63,508 nt of DNA, filler included, from 6 parts of 6 records of this genome joined end to end with filler, not necessarily neighbours in it, one strand, 5' to 3'. Shown: positions 1-12,883, counted from the whole stretch's first letter. Notes: generated by a model from the letters alone, not told the origin. A program made the numbers and translations.

Positions 1-30
1 TGTGTGTGTTCTTGTGTGTGTGTGTGTGTG
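1..30. repeat. (TG)n microsatellite at contig end
   Basis: TGTGTGTG at 1-8 and (TG)9 at 13-30; probable cause of the assembly break. Confidence 0.9.
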
Positions 31-416
31 CGTGCACTTGCACCCTTCAAGACACGCAACACTGTGGAAGAATCAGCGAGCGCAGATAGGCAGGCAGGTG
101 GCTGCACGCCAAACACGGTTGGAAGTGGGGCTGGCGCAGTGTGCCCTTCCTTTCGTTCACACCAATCAATCAAAACTCGTCAACCACTCGTTCCCCATTC
201 TTTCTTTCTATTTGTTTTTGTTTTTGTTTTTTGGCATCGTTCCTTCCGTTTCGTCAAGTTGACATCAGTCCCAGTTGCACTTGTTGCTTCTTCGCTTCTG
301 GTGCTTCCGTTTCGTTTCGTTGCTACTGTTTCTTTCCGTTCTGTTTCGTTTCGTTGCTTCTGTTTCTTTTCGTTTCGCTCATTCCTTTCCGAAGCCCTTT
401 GGGCCGGTTTTCCTTG

Positions 417-2020
417 ATGATGACGATGGCGATGACTGATGCGCACACACAATTAATTGAGGACGACGGTGCGCTATCCGCATCTCTCGAGCCGAAACGG
501 AGCCGAAGCCAAGAACACCGTGGGCTCTGCGACCTTCCTGAAGAAACAATCGCCTCGATTTTGTCGTTTGTTGTGCAACTCAGCCCCACATCTCGTGAGG
601 CGCTGGACACGCTGAGCGCCTTCTTTTCAGTCAATGGCTTCTTTGCGTGGCGCTTCTTAGACTCGGCGAATGCCGTGCACAGATTCATGGTGCAAGCTCT
701 GCTTCACCGACACAGCAACGAAGTCGTCTACTCTATCAGACTCTTTTCCAATCAGCCAACGGCGCGCAAAAATAGCAGCAGCAGAGCCATGACATACTCG
801 GTTTCTACTTCAGACAACGAGGCTGACCAGGGGCCAATTGCCGACCAAGCTGGTTGCTCTCAAGCGGAAGCCGAACTCCACCTGCTAATGCCCGGGCTTT
901 TAAAAAAGGTTCAGGCAACAGGAAAAACGGCTCTGACCAAAGTCTCGACCAAAGTCATGAGCGGCCGGCCAACATTTTTTGCGACGCTTCGGTGGCTCGA
1001 GAAATTCAATGGGGTTCGTCGCAAGCGGCAGCCTACGCTCTGCTGGGGTGTTGCCTCGGCACAATCTGCGAGTGAGACAAGCCATACTTTTTCGTATTCG
1101 AACACTTACTTGGTTTGCCACACTACACTGAATGAGCTCGTGGCTGTAACAGCAAGCATCTGTGCGAATGGAACCGGTTTGCTCCACGAAAGCTTGAACA
1201 GTCGCGTCGTTGTCGTTGGACCGACCGAAAGAGACGCACGCTCGGCTGCCCCAGGTGTTGAAATTTGGTCGTTTGACCAGTGGGTAAGGTATCGAAGCCA
1301 AGCGTCAGCGGATCCATTTTTTGCGCTTGCAATTCATTCATCTGCAGCCAGGTGCTTTGCTGAATCTGAAGTCGTCCCTTCAACAATTGCACAAAACGTG
1401 CTGCTTGGCATGACGCCTACGATGGCACAGGTTCGCAATGCAGTGCAAACGGTTGTCCCAAAAAAAAAAATTCTTTGGTCGCTGAATTGATTATTTTAAC
1501 AATTTGTGGTGGCGCTTTGTGGTGATATATCCAGCATGTGGCAGGGAAGCAATTCGCGTCGCTTCGTTCTTGGACTAAGCGCCACTTTTCGCCAAATGGA
1601 TACTACGCATTGTTTCGCAGCTATTGTGACACGTTGTTCCCAACAAGAGCAGGGAGTGTGGCAAATTCGGCAAATTTTTATTCCGTTGACGAAGATTTCT
1701 ACGGGCGGTTAATTGCCCGAGAATTTGTAGGGCTAGATGACTGTCGCCATGAGCTGGCACACAACCTCCTTGACACAAGGGATTGTGAATGTGTGGGCGA
1801 AGCTCGGCGCTCTGCTGGAATCCCTGACTGCTCCTTCATGTTGATGTATGTGACTGCATGCGTGTCGTTCGACCACGTGCACTTTTGGAACAGAGGTGGA
1901 GCAGGGCAAAGCAACTGTACAAGAATGCCTGCTTGCAAAAACGAGACCATTTCGGTATCAATCGATGAACCAAACAAACTTAATGGGGGCAGCTGTTGCG
2001 GTTGCTGCACGCTGACGTAA
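417..2020 (+). CDS. Eukaryotic spliced gene: F-box-like protein with C-terminal CCGCCTLT (CaaX-like)
   Basis: ATG at 417 follows a pyrimidine-rich leader; LCDLPEETIASILSFV resembles an F-box; a phase-0 intron 1431-1534 (CAG|GTTCGC...TATCCAG) joins ORF 141-1490 in frame to ORF 1538-2020; possible in-frame intron 1846-1893 (GTATGT...AACAG). Confidence 0.55.
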
Positions 2021-2191
2021 CCCGCTGCATCGTTTCAGCAACTCACTCACAACACCACTGATTTGAATCGGAAAAATAAAATAACCCAATTACAAAGATG
2101 CTTTTGTTGAAACAAGAAGCAGGGTGTGGTCGAAGTGCGTGTAGGTAAAGAAATCCAAGTACAATGTAGGCCTCGAGAAAAGAATGTGAAA

Positions 2192-5100
2192 CTACTGACT
2201 TTCATCGCCATCAGAGGAGTTCTCTCCCGAGTCTGTATCATCATCATCGTCGTCGTCATCATCCTCGTCATCGTCGCTTTCACCGTTCTCGACTTCATTG
2301 CTATCGTCATCGTCAGAGCTCTGAACAGCATTGTTGACAACAGCTACTGAGCGACGCACCGCTTTCAGCGAGACAATTGAGCTGTTTGCGGCACATTGCG
2401 TGTTTAGATGCAAGAAGCCTTACCTCGTCGACAAAGCCTTTGAGTTTTGCAAGCAAATTTGAAGCCATAGAATTGTGGCTGCTGCTCTGGAAAGACTTTG
2501 CAACTTTGGCTTCGCGTGCAGCCTGGTCCAACAAAAAAACCAAAGCCGAAAACAACTTGAACCAGTGCGATGGCACGTGGCGAGTTGTAATTTGCATCAG
2601 GCACCATGTGTACCTTTGCAACTGTCGCCCGGTAGGCAGCCTGTGCTGCTTGTCTTCGGTGTTCGATATCTTTTGCCTGAATGTCAACAAACACAACACG
2701 CTCACTCAAACGGCCATGGCAATGCACGCAGACTCGCCGAAAACAGTCAACCGCCAATATCCGAACCTGATGCCTGGCGTTTTCTGCGGCATTTCGCTTC
2801 GCCAGTCGCTCGTCGTGTCGCTTCTTGTTTCGCTGCTCTTCTGCTTCACGACGCTCTTGAATGTGTCTCTGCCGTTGTTCAAGCCTGCTCCTCTCCTCCT
2901 CCTCGGCTCGCAAGCGGTTGACCTCCTCTGCCTGTAGTTCGCGGTCTGTTAGTTTCTGCATGTCCTCGATGTCGGCTTCTGCGCCCACGCTTGCACGCTC
3001 TGCATCCATGGCAACGACGTTGTCGACTTTTGCTGCGATAGACTCGGTGGCGCTGATCTCGCCCTGGTCCGTGCTTTGATTACCACCATGCACTTCGCGA
3101 GGCTCGACTGGTTCATCATCTTTTTGGAGTGGCGAAGTGGGTGCTTGTTGCTTTGAATGCGGCGCATCGCCCGGCTCTTTTGCTGCTTCCACGGCTGCAT
3201 CTTCACCAGATGCGGGTTTTGAGTCGAAACTCGCTGTTTGATCGGGACTTCTTGCATTCGGACGCATCTCCGAAACAGCATCGTTTGGTGTCAAGACGTC
3301 TGACTCTTCCCTTGTTGGTATTTGTTGTACTTCCGCGGGGGTGATGTCCGAAGCGTCCGACTCAATTGCAGACGCTGCTGCCATCCCGCCTTTCGTTTTG
3401 TCGAATATTGGTCGTGCCGCGGCGGTGGCTTTTTTAGGCTGCACACTGGGGGCTATCTTCTCAGCATTTGAGCTTTCTTCTGTGGTCGTCATCGCGCCTT
3501 CAGCCTCGACTATCTCTTGCTTGGCAGCCGCCGTGGCTTCAGTGAGTTTTGCATCGGTGGTGGTCGCGTTCTCAGTTTTTGATTTCGTGCTTCCTTGTGC
3601 AACGTCAACCTCATGTTTAGTGGTTGAATTTTTCTGCGCCATATTTGGCTCACTTTCTGAGACGCTTGCCGTGATGGTTGTGTGGGGTTCAGGGTTCATC
3701 TCCACACTTCCTGTTGTTGCAGCAGCGCCTGATGTGGCGGATAACCCTGCATCTGTGACGGCTGACTCCCCTTCTGAGCCTGCTGGCACTCGTTCCGTCT
3801 TTTCACGAGTTGCACTTTTCTTTTCAGGGGGAGGCGGTGGGTGCAGGTTGGAGACATTGGCAGCACCTGGTCCTGAGCCCGCCCCCTGCTCGTCTGCTTC
3901 ATGTCGGTGAATATTGCCCAGTCGATGCTCAGATTCAGCCGTGAGATTGCTTTCTGGTTCACTTATACCCCCCATCGGCACGGAAACCGTACACGTAGGT
4001 TTAACGTCGCCTGATTTTGCAGAAAGCACAGGTTCATCCGCTGGTGACGAGACGTCATCTCCCATCAACGAATTGCTATTCGAGCTGTTCGGTGCCTGGG
4101 ATATAATTTCTGGGCCATCATCTCCTTGGCTCGTAGCGCCGCGCACGTCGTTGGGAGAGTCCGTGTCCTCAACGTCGGTCGGCGCGATTGCCGGCACTGC
4201 TTGGGAAACATCTCCGTCCGAGGAATCATCGTCACCCTTTGCTATTGCATTGTGTTCGGCCACCCGAGCACGTAGCCGTGCCGCTGCGCGTTGTTTCTAC
4301 AAGGAAAAGGGCAGCACGCATTCATGAACGCAGATTACTCAGCGCAGGGAGGTATGACTTCTTGAACAAGGCCATGCATGTTGTGGCAAATCAGAGGAGC
4401 CCAGAATACCCACCATCCGTCGATCTTGATCGCGCCGGAGCTTTCGCTTGTCAACGCCAATGTTCAGCACATTTTCCTTCATCATTTCTGCTTCTTCGTC
4501 GACACCTTCGTCCGGGCTTTTTTGCTCACTATCATCACTCTCACTGGCTACGCCTACCTCTATATCTTCGTCGCCGTCACCCATCTCTTGTTGGTCGCTG
4601 TCTTCATCGTCGTCCCCTGACCATGACGAAGACATTTCACTGTCGAGGTCCTCAATGGCCAGCGCATCATCGGTGTCTTCCGGGCGGTACACCCGCAGAG
4701 GACCAAACGGCACACTGCTGGCAGCAGTCTGCGCCTTGAATCCAATGTCGGAGCTTCCACCGTTGCCGTACACAGTGTAATCCATATCGTCATCACTAGA
4801 GCTCGGAGCTGCGATGACCTAAGAATGGGATCGCCAACAACAATGACAACGCGGCTCACAGCCCACGATCAACGCTTGTGCATGCAAGGCATTCGCAACG
4901 TATGCGGGTTAAAACGCTGCCATCGAACCTCCCATTCGGCCGAACCAACACCGCCATTGTCATCACCGTCAGAGCGCCGATCATTAATACCACCACCAGT
5001 ACCCGGCTGGCCATGTTGCTCTCCGCTTTGTTGGTCCGAACGCCCTTTTTCCTTTTGATCCTGCGACCGCTTTTGCCAGGGCAACAACTCAGTGCTTGCC

Positions 5101-8100
5101 TTTTGCTTCACGCGTAGACGGCCTTTCCCGACCAGTCCTGGCAGACCAACACCAACGCGTGAACACAACACGTTTGATTTTGTGCGCAGCTAATGCAATG
5201 GCGTGTGACCCACCCTCAGTTCTTGTGCCTGTTGCTGGCCCAGTTCGATCAGGTCGTGATAGTTGCGTGACAAAGGTCGGAACTGAGCTCTCGTTCTCAA
5301 CGCGCTCAAGTGCCTGAAACATGGAACCTTGGCCAAGTTGTCCATAGGCAAAGTATCCACAGCTCCAGGCGTGTCCGCTCTCAGTCAAAGCCTGTTCAGG
5401 GAATTCAAGCCGAAGTGAGCCAAGAAGAAGGCAAACCACATTGACGAAAGACGGGACGCGAAGCGCGTATATCATCCGTACCAGCGAATGGGCTGCCCCA
5501 CATGCAATATGTGTGACTCTCGAACACGCGCTAAGTTCCTTGTAGTGGTCGATGCACCAGTTAATATTGTCAAAAAGTTGCCGCGTTACTTTTCGTGATA
5601 TTTTTGGAGGAAGAAACCTAAGCAGACACAGAAAGGTAAAAAAAATGCCTTGGCGCAGAAAACAAAGGCGGGCATTGGGTGAAACGTAGTGCCTCTCACC
5701 ATTCCCCTAAAATTTTGTCAAGATAAATCTTGGAGTCGGCCTTGCACGTAGTGCGCATTGCTTCCCATTCTGCATCGGGCTTCAAAATATCCGCTTGAAA
5801 CCATGCCGACAATCTGTGAATGACTTTTCTGGAATAGGCTTCAATGAAAATGCCGTAACGTTCAAGCAGCAGGACCTCAAAAAGACGGCAGTCCTTTTTC
5901 TGGAACGACGGAAACACTTCCTTACGAAAGCGCTCATCAAACAGCTTTCGCAGATGCCTGGATCATTGAAAGGGTGTGAACGGGAGCCATGCTAGCAGCC
6001 CATGGAGAACAATGCACACTACATGCCTCTCGGCAAATAATTGAAAAGGAAAAAAAAAACATACGCAGTGTCCATTAACTCAGTCGCATCCTCCATAAGT
6101 CCGGCCTTTTTCCACTGGAAGTCGAGCACCAGCTCGATTTTGCATGACCTATTGTCAATGGCGGATCAGCGCCGGGGGAACAACGCGCAAGGACTACTCT
6201 TTGAGTCCATGGTAAACGAAGAAAAGGACGTACCCTTCAGGATGCATCTCGACAGGGGCAAAGTCTATTCCTGGAGGCATCTCTGGGGGTCTACCGGCCC
6301 TGTATTTAAACTCGTCTTGCCCTTTGCCGTCAGGTTCTGCAACTTTTCCTTCCTCTTCCCTGGCCATCGATCCGTCAGGCGGGTTGCCTTCCTCATCGGT
6401 CTCGTCTTCGTCAGAGGTAGATTCCTCGTCTGAATCGCTCGACTGCCCACCACGGAGCATGGCACGTTTAACAGCTTCGGCACGAGCTTTCTCCTTCGCC
6501 TCATAATTTGCGTTGGAGTACTGTTTGGCGATATGCTCGCCAAAGAAAGTGCGCCGGTACTGATTGTAATAGTCTTGGAACATGTCCTCAAATTCTTCTC
6601 GTCTTCAGTTGCACACCAATGAAAAACAACGGAAAAGGAAGGAAATGAACGAAACCAATGTTGGCTGACACATTGCTGCAAGCATCTCCTCAAATAAGGT
6701 TGCAGCCGTGCACGAACGTGAGAAGGTTTTGTGGGCATGTTTCAAAGCGAATTCGAGCAATGCGCCGGAACCCTCGCACCATGTCCTCCAAAGCACGCTC
6801 AACGACCATATCCGCGATGTTTGTTTTGTGCCAAACAACCTAATTTATATTGGGTGACATCAATCAGTAATTGCATGGAGCTTTCTTTGTTGGCCCACAA
6901 ATCTTACAACTGCGGCAACGAACCTCGCAAAGTGCATGCACTGGGCGAATGTTAATTTCCTCGCATTCGTCGCACAATTCCGTCTCATCAAAAACAGACA
7001 AGAATAACAACGGCTCGTCACAGAGCCAACAGTTTTTGAAGAGCCTGTGTCAAAAGCAATCCATGGTGCTGTAAGCCGATGAGCAGCCATAAATCCTGAT
7101 GGTGCGCAAACATATTGTCAAAGACGAACCCCCCTTCCCACGAATCTCCTCTGTCGTAGTATTCCATTCTAAGACCTTCCACTTGGAAATCTGATACATC
7201 AAGGAGATCGTATAGGGATCTGCAACATAGGGCGGCAAAAACATCAACAATCAGCAGCAAGTCCAGTCCAATGATATTCGTACAAGTTTGGCGTGCAGTG
7301 GTAGGCACTTCGTACTCATATGGGATCCGGACGTTTCGATGAAAATCAACCAATTTGACCACCGGGGCGTGCACAAGGGCGTTTTTTAGTGCCATCGTGT
7401 GTGGTTGCAACACTTTGGTTCCTTCGAGCGTAAATATTCCTTTACCCAGGAGCTCGAGCTTTCCGTACAGCATGCCACGAGTTACTTTTGACAGGGTAGC
7501 GCCATATCTATGAAGAAAGCGGAGGTGTTTTGAACTTCAAAGTAAAACAGATGCAACAACCATTGCGACCACGTGGCACTAGGCTGCATCGAAATTAAAA
7601 ACGCACTGATTGAGCGTGGCAGTCAGCATTTGGCGAAAACGCTTCTCAGCAGACTTGGGGACGCCCGTTGGAGCACGGCGCTTTGCACTGAAGCCGTCTT
7701 TTTGCTCAAAGACCTCCTTGAACTTTCGGGCAAGTTGCCGGAGTCGATTCGCCTGCGCGAGAAGACACCACAGCGACATGTCGTGTGTGTGGCATCACAA
7801 AGCCAAGCAATTCACAAGCGCGCCCAGCATTTTTTTTGACATGTTGATCGAGCCAGACTTGCCAAGTTCACGACAAGTAAGTTGTCTTCAGGCTTGGCTG
7901 TCAGCACGTAGTCAATGAACTCTTCCTCACTAATCGTTCCATTGTCGTTTACGTCGTAACTGCCACAACAATACAACCGAATCACAATGCTGTTTGTTGG
8001 CTGTTTCGACTTTGCGACAACTCGATGGGTGAAAAGGGTCGAGATACACGCAGGTTGCCACGAACGTCTCAATGATCTCGTTGGCTTTTTCCCGCGTGAT

Positions 8101-10446
8101 CACTTGGTCTGACATGTCTTTGATTGCTGCAATAATCTCATCCGGATTTAACTCTCCACTGTCGTCACTGTCATACTCCTGCATAAATACACGCCATGAA
8201 ACGACACAGCGCAGTGTCACGGCTCCTGCACTACTGCGAGAGGATCGTGGCGACATGGATGCTGCGGAAACTACCTGAAAGAGCCTTTGAATGGCCATTT
8301 TCCGATCAAGCACCTGAAGCTTTTTCAGATTTTTGTGGAGCAAATTCACTGCGTCAAATATCTTCTTTTGTGGGGAGCACTGTGGTGCAATCAGGTTCTT
8401 CGTCGTCCAAATTGGTGACATTTTCGCCTCGAGCGCTGCCTTTCGCTCGGCAATGATTGGTGGTACCAGCGAGAGGTACTTGCACACGTCGGTTTGGGCA
8501 TCGTACATCTTCGCAGTTGCTAAGATGGTATCCACTCGCCTTGGGAGAAATATCTCCATCTGGATTCGGTACAAAGCAGAAAAGGGCTTGTGAACAATGT
8601 GAAAAGAAAAACCACCCCACACAGCAGGCTTCCCCGATCTGCACCGCACTCACCTTGGTTGTGGGAACCTCATAACCTAGGCGGCCGTCGCGACCTTTTC
8701 CACAGCTCCAGAGCTCACCGCCGCCCTGCGACACATCCATTGATTTCCACCACGTTCCGACAGTGCAATCAGTGTGTAGTTTTGCAAGCACGACTTTGAC
8801 AGAAGCAAGCACAAAGTGCACGGCAGAGCTTCGACCATTATTACCTGCAAGAAGAGGGAATGGAAACTGCCTGCAGCCACTGCCACAATCCCATCTAATG
8901 TGTGTACGAGCTCCGGCAAAATTTGACCTTGCGAAAACACGGCTTTTGCCGTTCCAACTCGACTCGGACGCATCTTTTGCCCAGGCACCAGCTGACCATG
9001 GGCGCTTTGCGAAGTCGGGGCACTCGAGAGCCCCCGCCCTGCACTCTGCTGCTCATGCAGGTGTCGGTTTGGATTTGCGGGATGAGATGCGGTTTCAGCC
9101 CGGGCAAGTGGCATGCCACTTGTTGGGCGACTGCGTGGAACCTGCCCATCTTTCGTCTGTCCAGGGCGCGGATCAATTCCCAGTTGCCCCCATTCGTTGT
9201 CTCCGCAAGACCAAACATCCCCTCGGTCCGTGAGGAACAGGGAGTGCCGGTCTCCAGCGGCAAGTCCAACAACGTGCTCGGTACTCAACGCTGACACGAA
9301 TGCCGGTTCGGGAACGTTCTCTGTGTGCCCGAGCCCAAGGGGATTTCCATTCCCACGCAGGTGCCCGCGCCCACAAGACCATACATCGTTTGCGTCTGTC
9401 AGGAAAAGGGTGTGATTGAGCCCGCACACTGCGACAATAAGTGTATGCTTGCGTAGTGTGTCAACCACACGTGGTTTCAACACTGGCTCAAAATCTCGGT
9501 GGCCAAGCTGACCGTATTGATTGCGCCCAAACGTTATGACGCGGCCACACTTCGACACCAAGGCCGTGTGGAACGCCCCCGCACTCGCACATTTAATGAC
9601 GTATGGTTCTGTCGGAGACTTGGGCACGGGGAGCAGTTTGGGCTCTTCTTGCATGCGTGAAACATCAATACCAAGCTGCCTCTGGCTTCCGTCACCAAAT
9701 GTCCAGCAGTCGCCAATGGACGTGACGAATACTGTGTGGCGTAGCCCGACCGCCACCGACGTGATCTTCACGCGGCGGTTCTCCAGCTTTGCCCTCCGCG
9801 CCTTCACCGCGTCAAAGATCTTCACAGCTCGCTTCGCAACCTTCCGCAGCGGATTCACCTCGCTCAGCGTGATCCGCCCCTGCTCACTGATCGTATTCGC
9901 GTTGCGGAACAATTGCCCCTTCGCGGCCTTGAAGTCTTCCACCGCTTTGGATTCTTCCTGCGTGACTTTGGGCTTCCACGTCCGCTCAAACAGCGTGGGC
10001 AAGCCCATCGATTGAATACGCTTGCCACCGAGCTGCCCACAATCGCCCCGTCCGCAACGATAGCCTCTGCCACGTGAGAAAAACCATGTCTGGTCACCTC
10101 CTGCGTTGCACCAATCCACGTGCAGTTCTCGAAGGTGCTCCACGCGGGCGAAACCTCTCACCCGCCTTGTCAGTTCGTGAGGGAATCGACCGGGCTCGTG
10201 GTTATTGGACCACACAGGGCACAGCTCGTCCACATCGGCAGTTGCCATTCGGAGCTTCTGCCTCAGCAGCACGTAGTTGTGCCCGTCAGCTACTGCAGGA
10301 GAACCATCGTCGTTGCCATCATCCACAGGCAGACTCAGAGCCAACTCTGGAGCTCTGCTCGAGGACGAGGAGGCTGCAGTCGAGGAGGCGGAAGACGAGG
10401 CAGACGACGACGCAGAAGAAGACGGAGACTCTCGGTTTCCCCACAT
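2192..10446 (-). CDS. Large multi-exon eukaryotic gene: RCC1 repeats, EF-hand pair, further RCC1 repeat, long acidic disordered region, coiled coil, poly-Asp tail
   Basis: RCC1 motifs (AVGLRHT, SAGAFHT...GRNQYGQLG, AAGDRHSL...GDNEWGQLG). Frame-preserving GT-AG introns at 8726-8844, 8587-8653, 8179-8274, 7960-8065, 7508-7606, 5392-5481 and 4297-4413 rebuild intact motifs (FHSLFLQ|GGGELWSCG; DSDDSGELNPDE; DVNDNGTISEEE; ACGAAHSL|ALTESGHAWSCG). Not all junctions were resolved, so this could be two genes. Confidence 0.65.
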
Positions 10447-10449
10447 TTT

Positions 10450-10473
10450 GCTGCTGCTGCTGCTGCTGCTGCT
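10450..10473. repeat. (GCT)8 microsatellite at contig end
   Basis: Eight tandem GCT units directly before the spacer. Confidence 0.9.
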
Positions 10474-10573
10474 NNNNNNNNNNNNNNNNNNNNNNNNNNN
10501 NNNNNNNNNNNNNNNNNTTAATTAATTAANNNNNNNNNNNNNNNNNNNNNNNNNNNNNNNNNNNNNNNNNNNN
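10474..10573. other. Artificial contig spacer
   Basis: 44 N + TTAATTAATTAA (stops in all six frames) + 44 N. Confidence 0.99.
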
Positions 10574-10991
10574 GGAACACTTCCAGTGGGTTATCGCCCT
10601 CACTCGCGTTATCTCAGCGGTGTTCCGCAAAGGTGGTGACGTCACCTTCCTGGTGGAAGAGCTGCGCAGCGTTTACGACCCCAACGGCGGTTACTTCAAG
10701 AAGGGCGGTGTGTTCATGCCCTCACTGGTAGCCGAGATCGGCGCCGTGATCGAGAAGCACCTGAAGGCCATCGGCCTGCTGGAAAGCGACGAGCTGAGCG
10801 AGACCACCAAGCGCATCCTCGCTGAAAAGCGCGCAGAGTTTGAGGCCAGCCAGAACAAGGCCACCAACGACGACAGCGGCAGCGACTACCCCGCCAACGC
10901 CACCATGTGCGGCAAATGCAGCACTAAAGCGGTGATTGTGATGGACGGATGCGCTACCTGCCTGTCTTGCGGCGACAGCAAGTGCGGTTAA
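10574..10991 (+). CDS. nrdJ: Class II (B12-dependent) ribonucleotide reductase C-terminal part / NrdJb-like, 5' truncated
   Basis: QWVIALTRVISAVFRKGGDVTFLVEEL...MPSLVAEIG; terminal CGKC...DGCATCLSCGDSKCG zinc-ribbon/redox tail. Confidence 0.85.
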
Positions 10992-11015
10992 GGTGATTGA
11001 CCGCTGAGTGATGAA

Positions 11016-11045
11016 AAGGCCCGGTTGCGGAAGCTTCCGGGCCTT
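11016..11045 (+). terminator. Hairpin, probable terminator after nrdJ
   Basis: AAGGCCCGG...CCGGGCCTT inverted repeat; weak U tract. Confidence 0.5.
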
Positions 11046-11085
11046 GCTGTTTAAACGCAGCAAACACAAGGAATGTTCATAGATC

Positions 11086-11370
11086 ATGGCAAGGAATCAA
11101 GGCCAAGGTGGGCCGATTGAATCACGGCTAATCAGCTTATTGGCATCGTTGTTTTTCTCTATCCCAACAGCAGCCCTCATTTGGCTCTGGGTCAATTTGG
11201 AGTTAGCCATTTACTGGGATTCCTTTCTCAGTAGTGGTTACCTTGTCGCCTGTATTATTGTCTTCGCTGTGTTGGCCATACTGCTCCCGCAATTGTTTCC
11301 ATCCATTCTCCCGTCCATTTGGCGGGGTTACATGTTTGATGCAGTCAGCGCACGCTTTGATCAGTTTTAA
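11086..11370 (+). CDS. Small hypothetical membrane protein
   Basis: 94 aa with two hydrophobic segments; AAGGA upstream. Confidence 0.55.
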   Translation: MARNQGQGGPIESRLISLLASLFFSIPTAALIWLWVNLELAIYWDSFLSSGYLVACIIVFAVLAILLPQLFPSILPSIWRGYMFDAVSARFDQF

Positions 11371-11380
11371 TAGTGGCGTT

Positions 11381-11932
11381 ATGAAGGAAATTCTTGTTGT
11401 TGGTTGTGTCTTGTTTTTGGCGGCTTGTAAATCAAGCAATTCCGATAATGACCAGCCAGATGTTGGCGCCGAAACAATCGCTCCTGAGGTAGGAAGCTGG
11501 ATCAGGGCCTGCTCCCCAATTGATGATGTGATCACAGCAGAAATATTTTATGACGGCGAGTTATCCGCTCGGTGGGTAGAGCGACTCGACATCACAGAAA
11601 ACGCTATAGTGGTCTCTCGATCCGTTTATGTTGATGAGATGTGCGAGACGCCTCTGTCCTTCGAGGACGGGCCGGGAATTGTACTTCAGTGTTTCGGGGA
11701 AACTCGTCAAAGAGTGCTGGTACAAGGCGTATACGAGGTGCTGAGCTTCCCCTACATTGATGACCGGTACAATCCCCAGGTTCCCGGAAGTTGTGATTTG
11801 CCAGCTGAGCCGGGCATGAACGTTTATCCGGTGGGTGATGTGCTCTACAGGGCTTACTATACGGACGCGATGAGCCGTGAACCCTCGGAACTGGTGGTCG
11901 ATTTCAATCAGGTTTTTGAAAGGGTCCAGTGA
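11381..11932 (+). CDS. Hypothetical lipoprotein
   Basis: MKEILVVGCVLFLAAC lipobox; acidic mature region with four further Cys. Confidence 0.7.
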   Translation: MKEILVVGCVLFLAACKSSNSDNDQPDVGAETIAPEVGSWIRACSPIDDVITAEIFYDGELSARWVERLDITENAIVVSRSVYVDEMCETPLSFEDGPGIVLQCFGETRQRVLVQGVYEVLSFPYIDDRYNPQVPGSCDLPAEPGMNVYPVGDVLYRAYYTDAMSREPSELVVDFNQVFERVQ

Positions 11933-11970
11933 TCTGAATCGACCATTTTTCACCGGAAAGGGAACAATCT

Positions 11971-12879
11971 TTGGAAAGGAAAACCGTGCCTGCGTCAGCC
12001 CCTCTGGTCAGCATCATCACCCCCACCTTCAACCGTGAGCGCACCATCACGCAAGCGGTCGAGTCTGTCCTGGCCCAATCCTATCCCCACTGGGAGCTGA
12101 TCATCGTTGATGATGGCTCCCGGGATAGCACCCGCGAGAAGCTGGCCAGTTACCTGGACGATGAACGCATCCACTACCATTTTCAGGAGAACCAGGGCCA
12201 GAGCATTGCCCGGAACCTGGCGCTTCAATATGCCCGAGGCGAATTGCTGTGTTTTCTGGATTCCGATGACCTGTGGGTGCCTGAAAAGCTGGAGAAGCAA
12301 GTGGCGCTTATGGAGGCTCACCCGGAGGTGGATGTCCTTCACAGTGATGAAATCATGATCGACGAGCAGGGCACGGAGTTGTCCCGCAAGAATATGCGCC
12401 GGTACTCGGGCCGGATTGCCCGCCAGATGCTGGTGGACAACAGCGTGAGCATCAACACGGTAATGGCGCGGCGGAAATGCTTCGATGCCATGGGCGGGTT
12501 TTCCGGTCGCTACGGCGTTGCCGACGATTACGACATCTGGCTGCGTTTTTCAGCCCGTTTCACCTTCCTGTATGTGCCCGAGTACTGGGGTTATTACCGG
12601 GTGATGGCAGACCAGATTTCCAGCGACAAGAAACGCCGATTTGCCGCCAACGAAGCGATCATTCGTGATTTTATCGAGGAATACGGAAGTACACTCCAAC
12701 CCGGTGACATCCGCTGGGGCCTGGCCCGCTTCTACTGCCGGAAAGCCCGTCATTTTGCATCAGCAGGAGACTCGGCGACGGCCTGGGGCGCGGTTGCTCA
12801 GGCGTTGCGGTATGCTCCGCTGGATTCCGTGGTATGGCGCGCCGTTTATCGGGTGATCTTTCCGGGCAAAGGTGGCTAG
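11971..12879 (+). CDS. Glycosyltransferase family 2
   Basis: PLVSIITPTFN, IIVDDGSRD, FLDSDD and DDYDIWLR motifs. Confidence 0.92.
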   Translation: MERKTVPASAPLVSIITPTFNRERTITQAVESVLAQSYPHWELIIVDDGSRDSTREKLASYLDDERIHYHFQENQGQSIARNLALQYARGELLCFLDSDDLWVPEKLEKQVALMEAHPEVDVLHSDEIMIDEQGTELSRKNMRRYSGRIARQMLVDNSVSINTVMARRKCFDAMGGFSGRYGVADDYDIWLRFSARFTFLYVPEYWGYYRVMADQISSDKKRRFAANEAIIRDFIEEYGSTLQPGDIRWGLARFYCRKARHFASAGDSATAWGAVAQALRYAPLDSVVWRAVYRVIFPGKGG

Positions 12880-12883
12880 AGCA

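Noticed and set aside
141-416. Phe/Cys-rich N-terminal extension of ORF 141-1490
   Set aside because: Pyrimidine-rich low-complexity sequence, more likely UTR or intron; starts at GTG in a eukaryotic contig
10518-10529. TTAATTAATTAA palindrome recurring five times
   Set aside because: Synthetic six-frame stop linker inside N spacers
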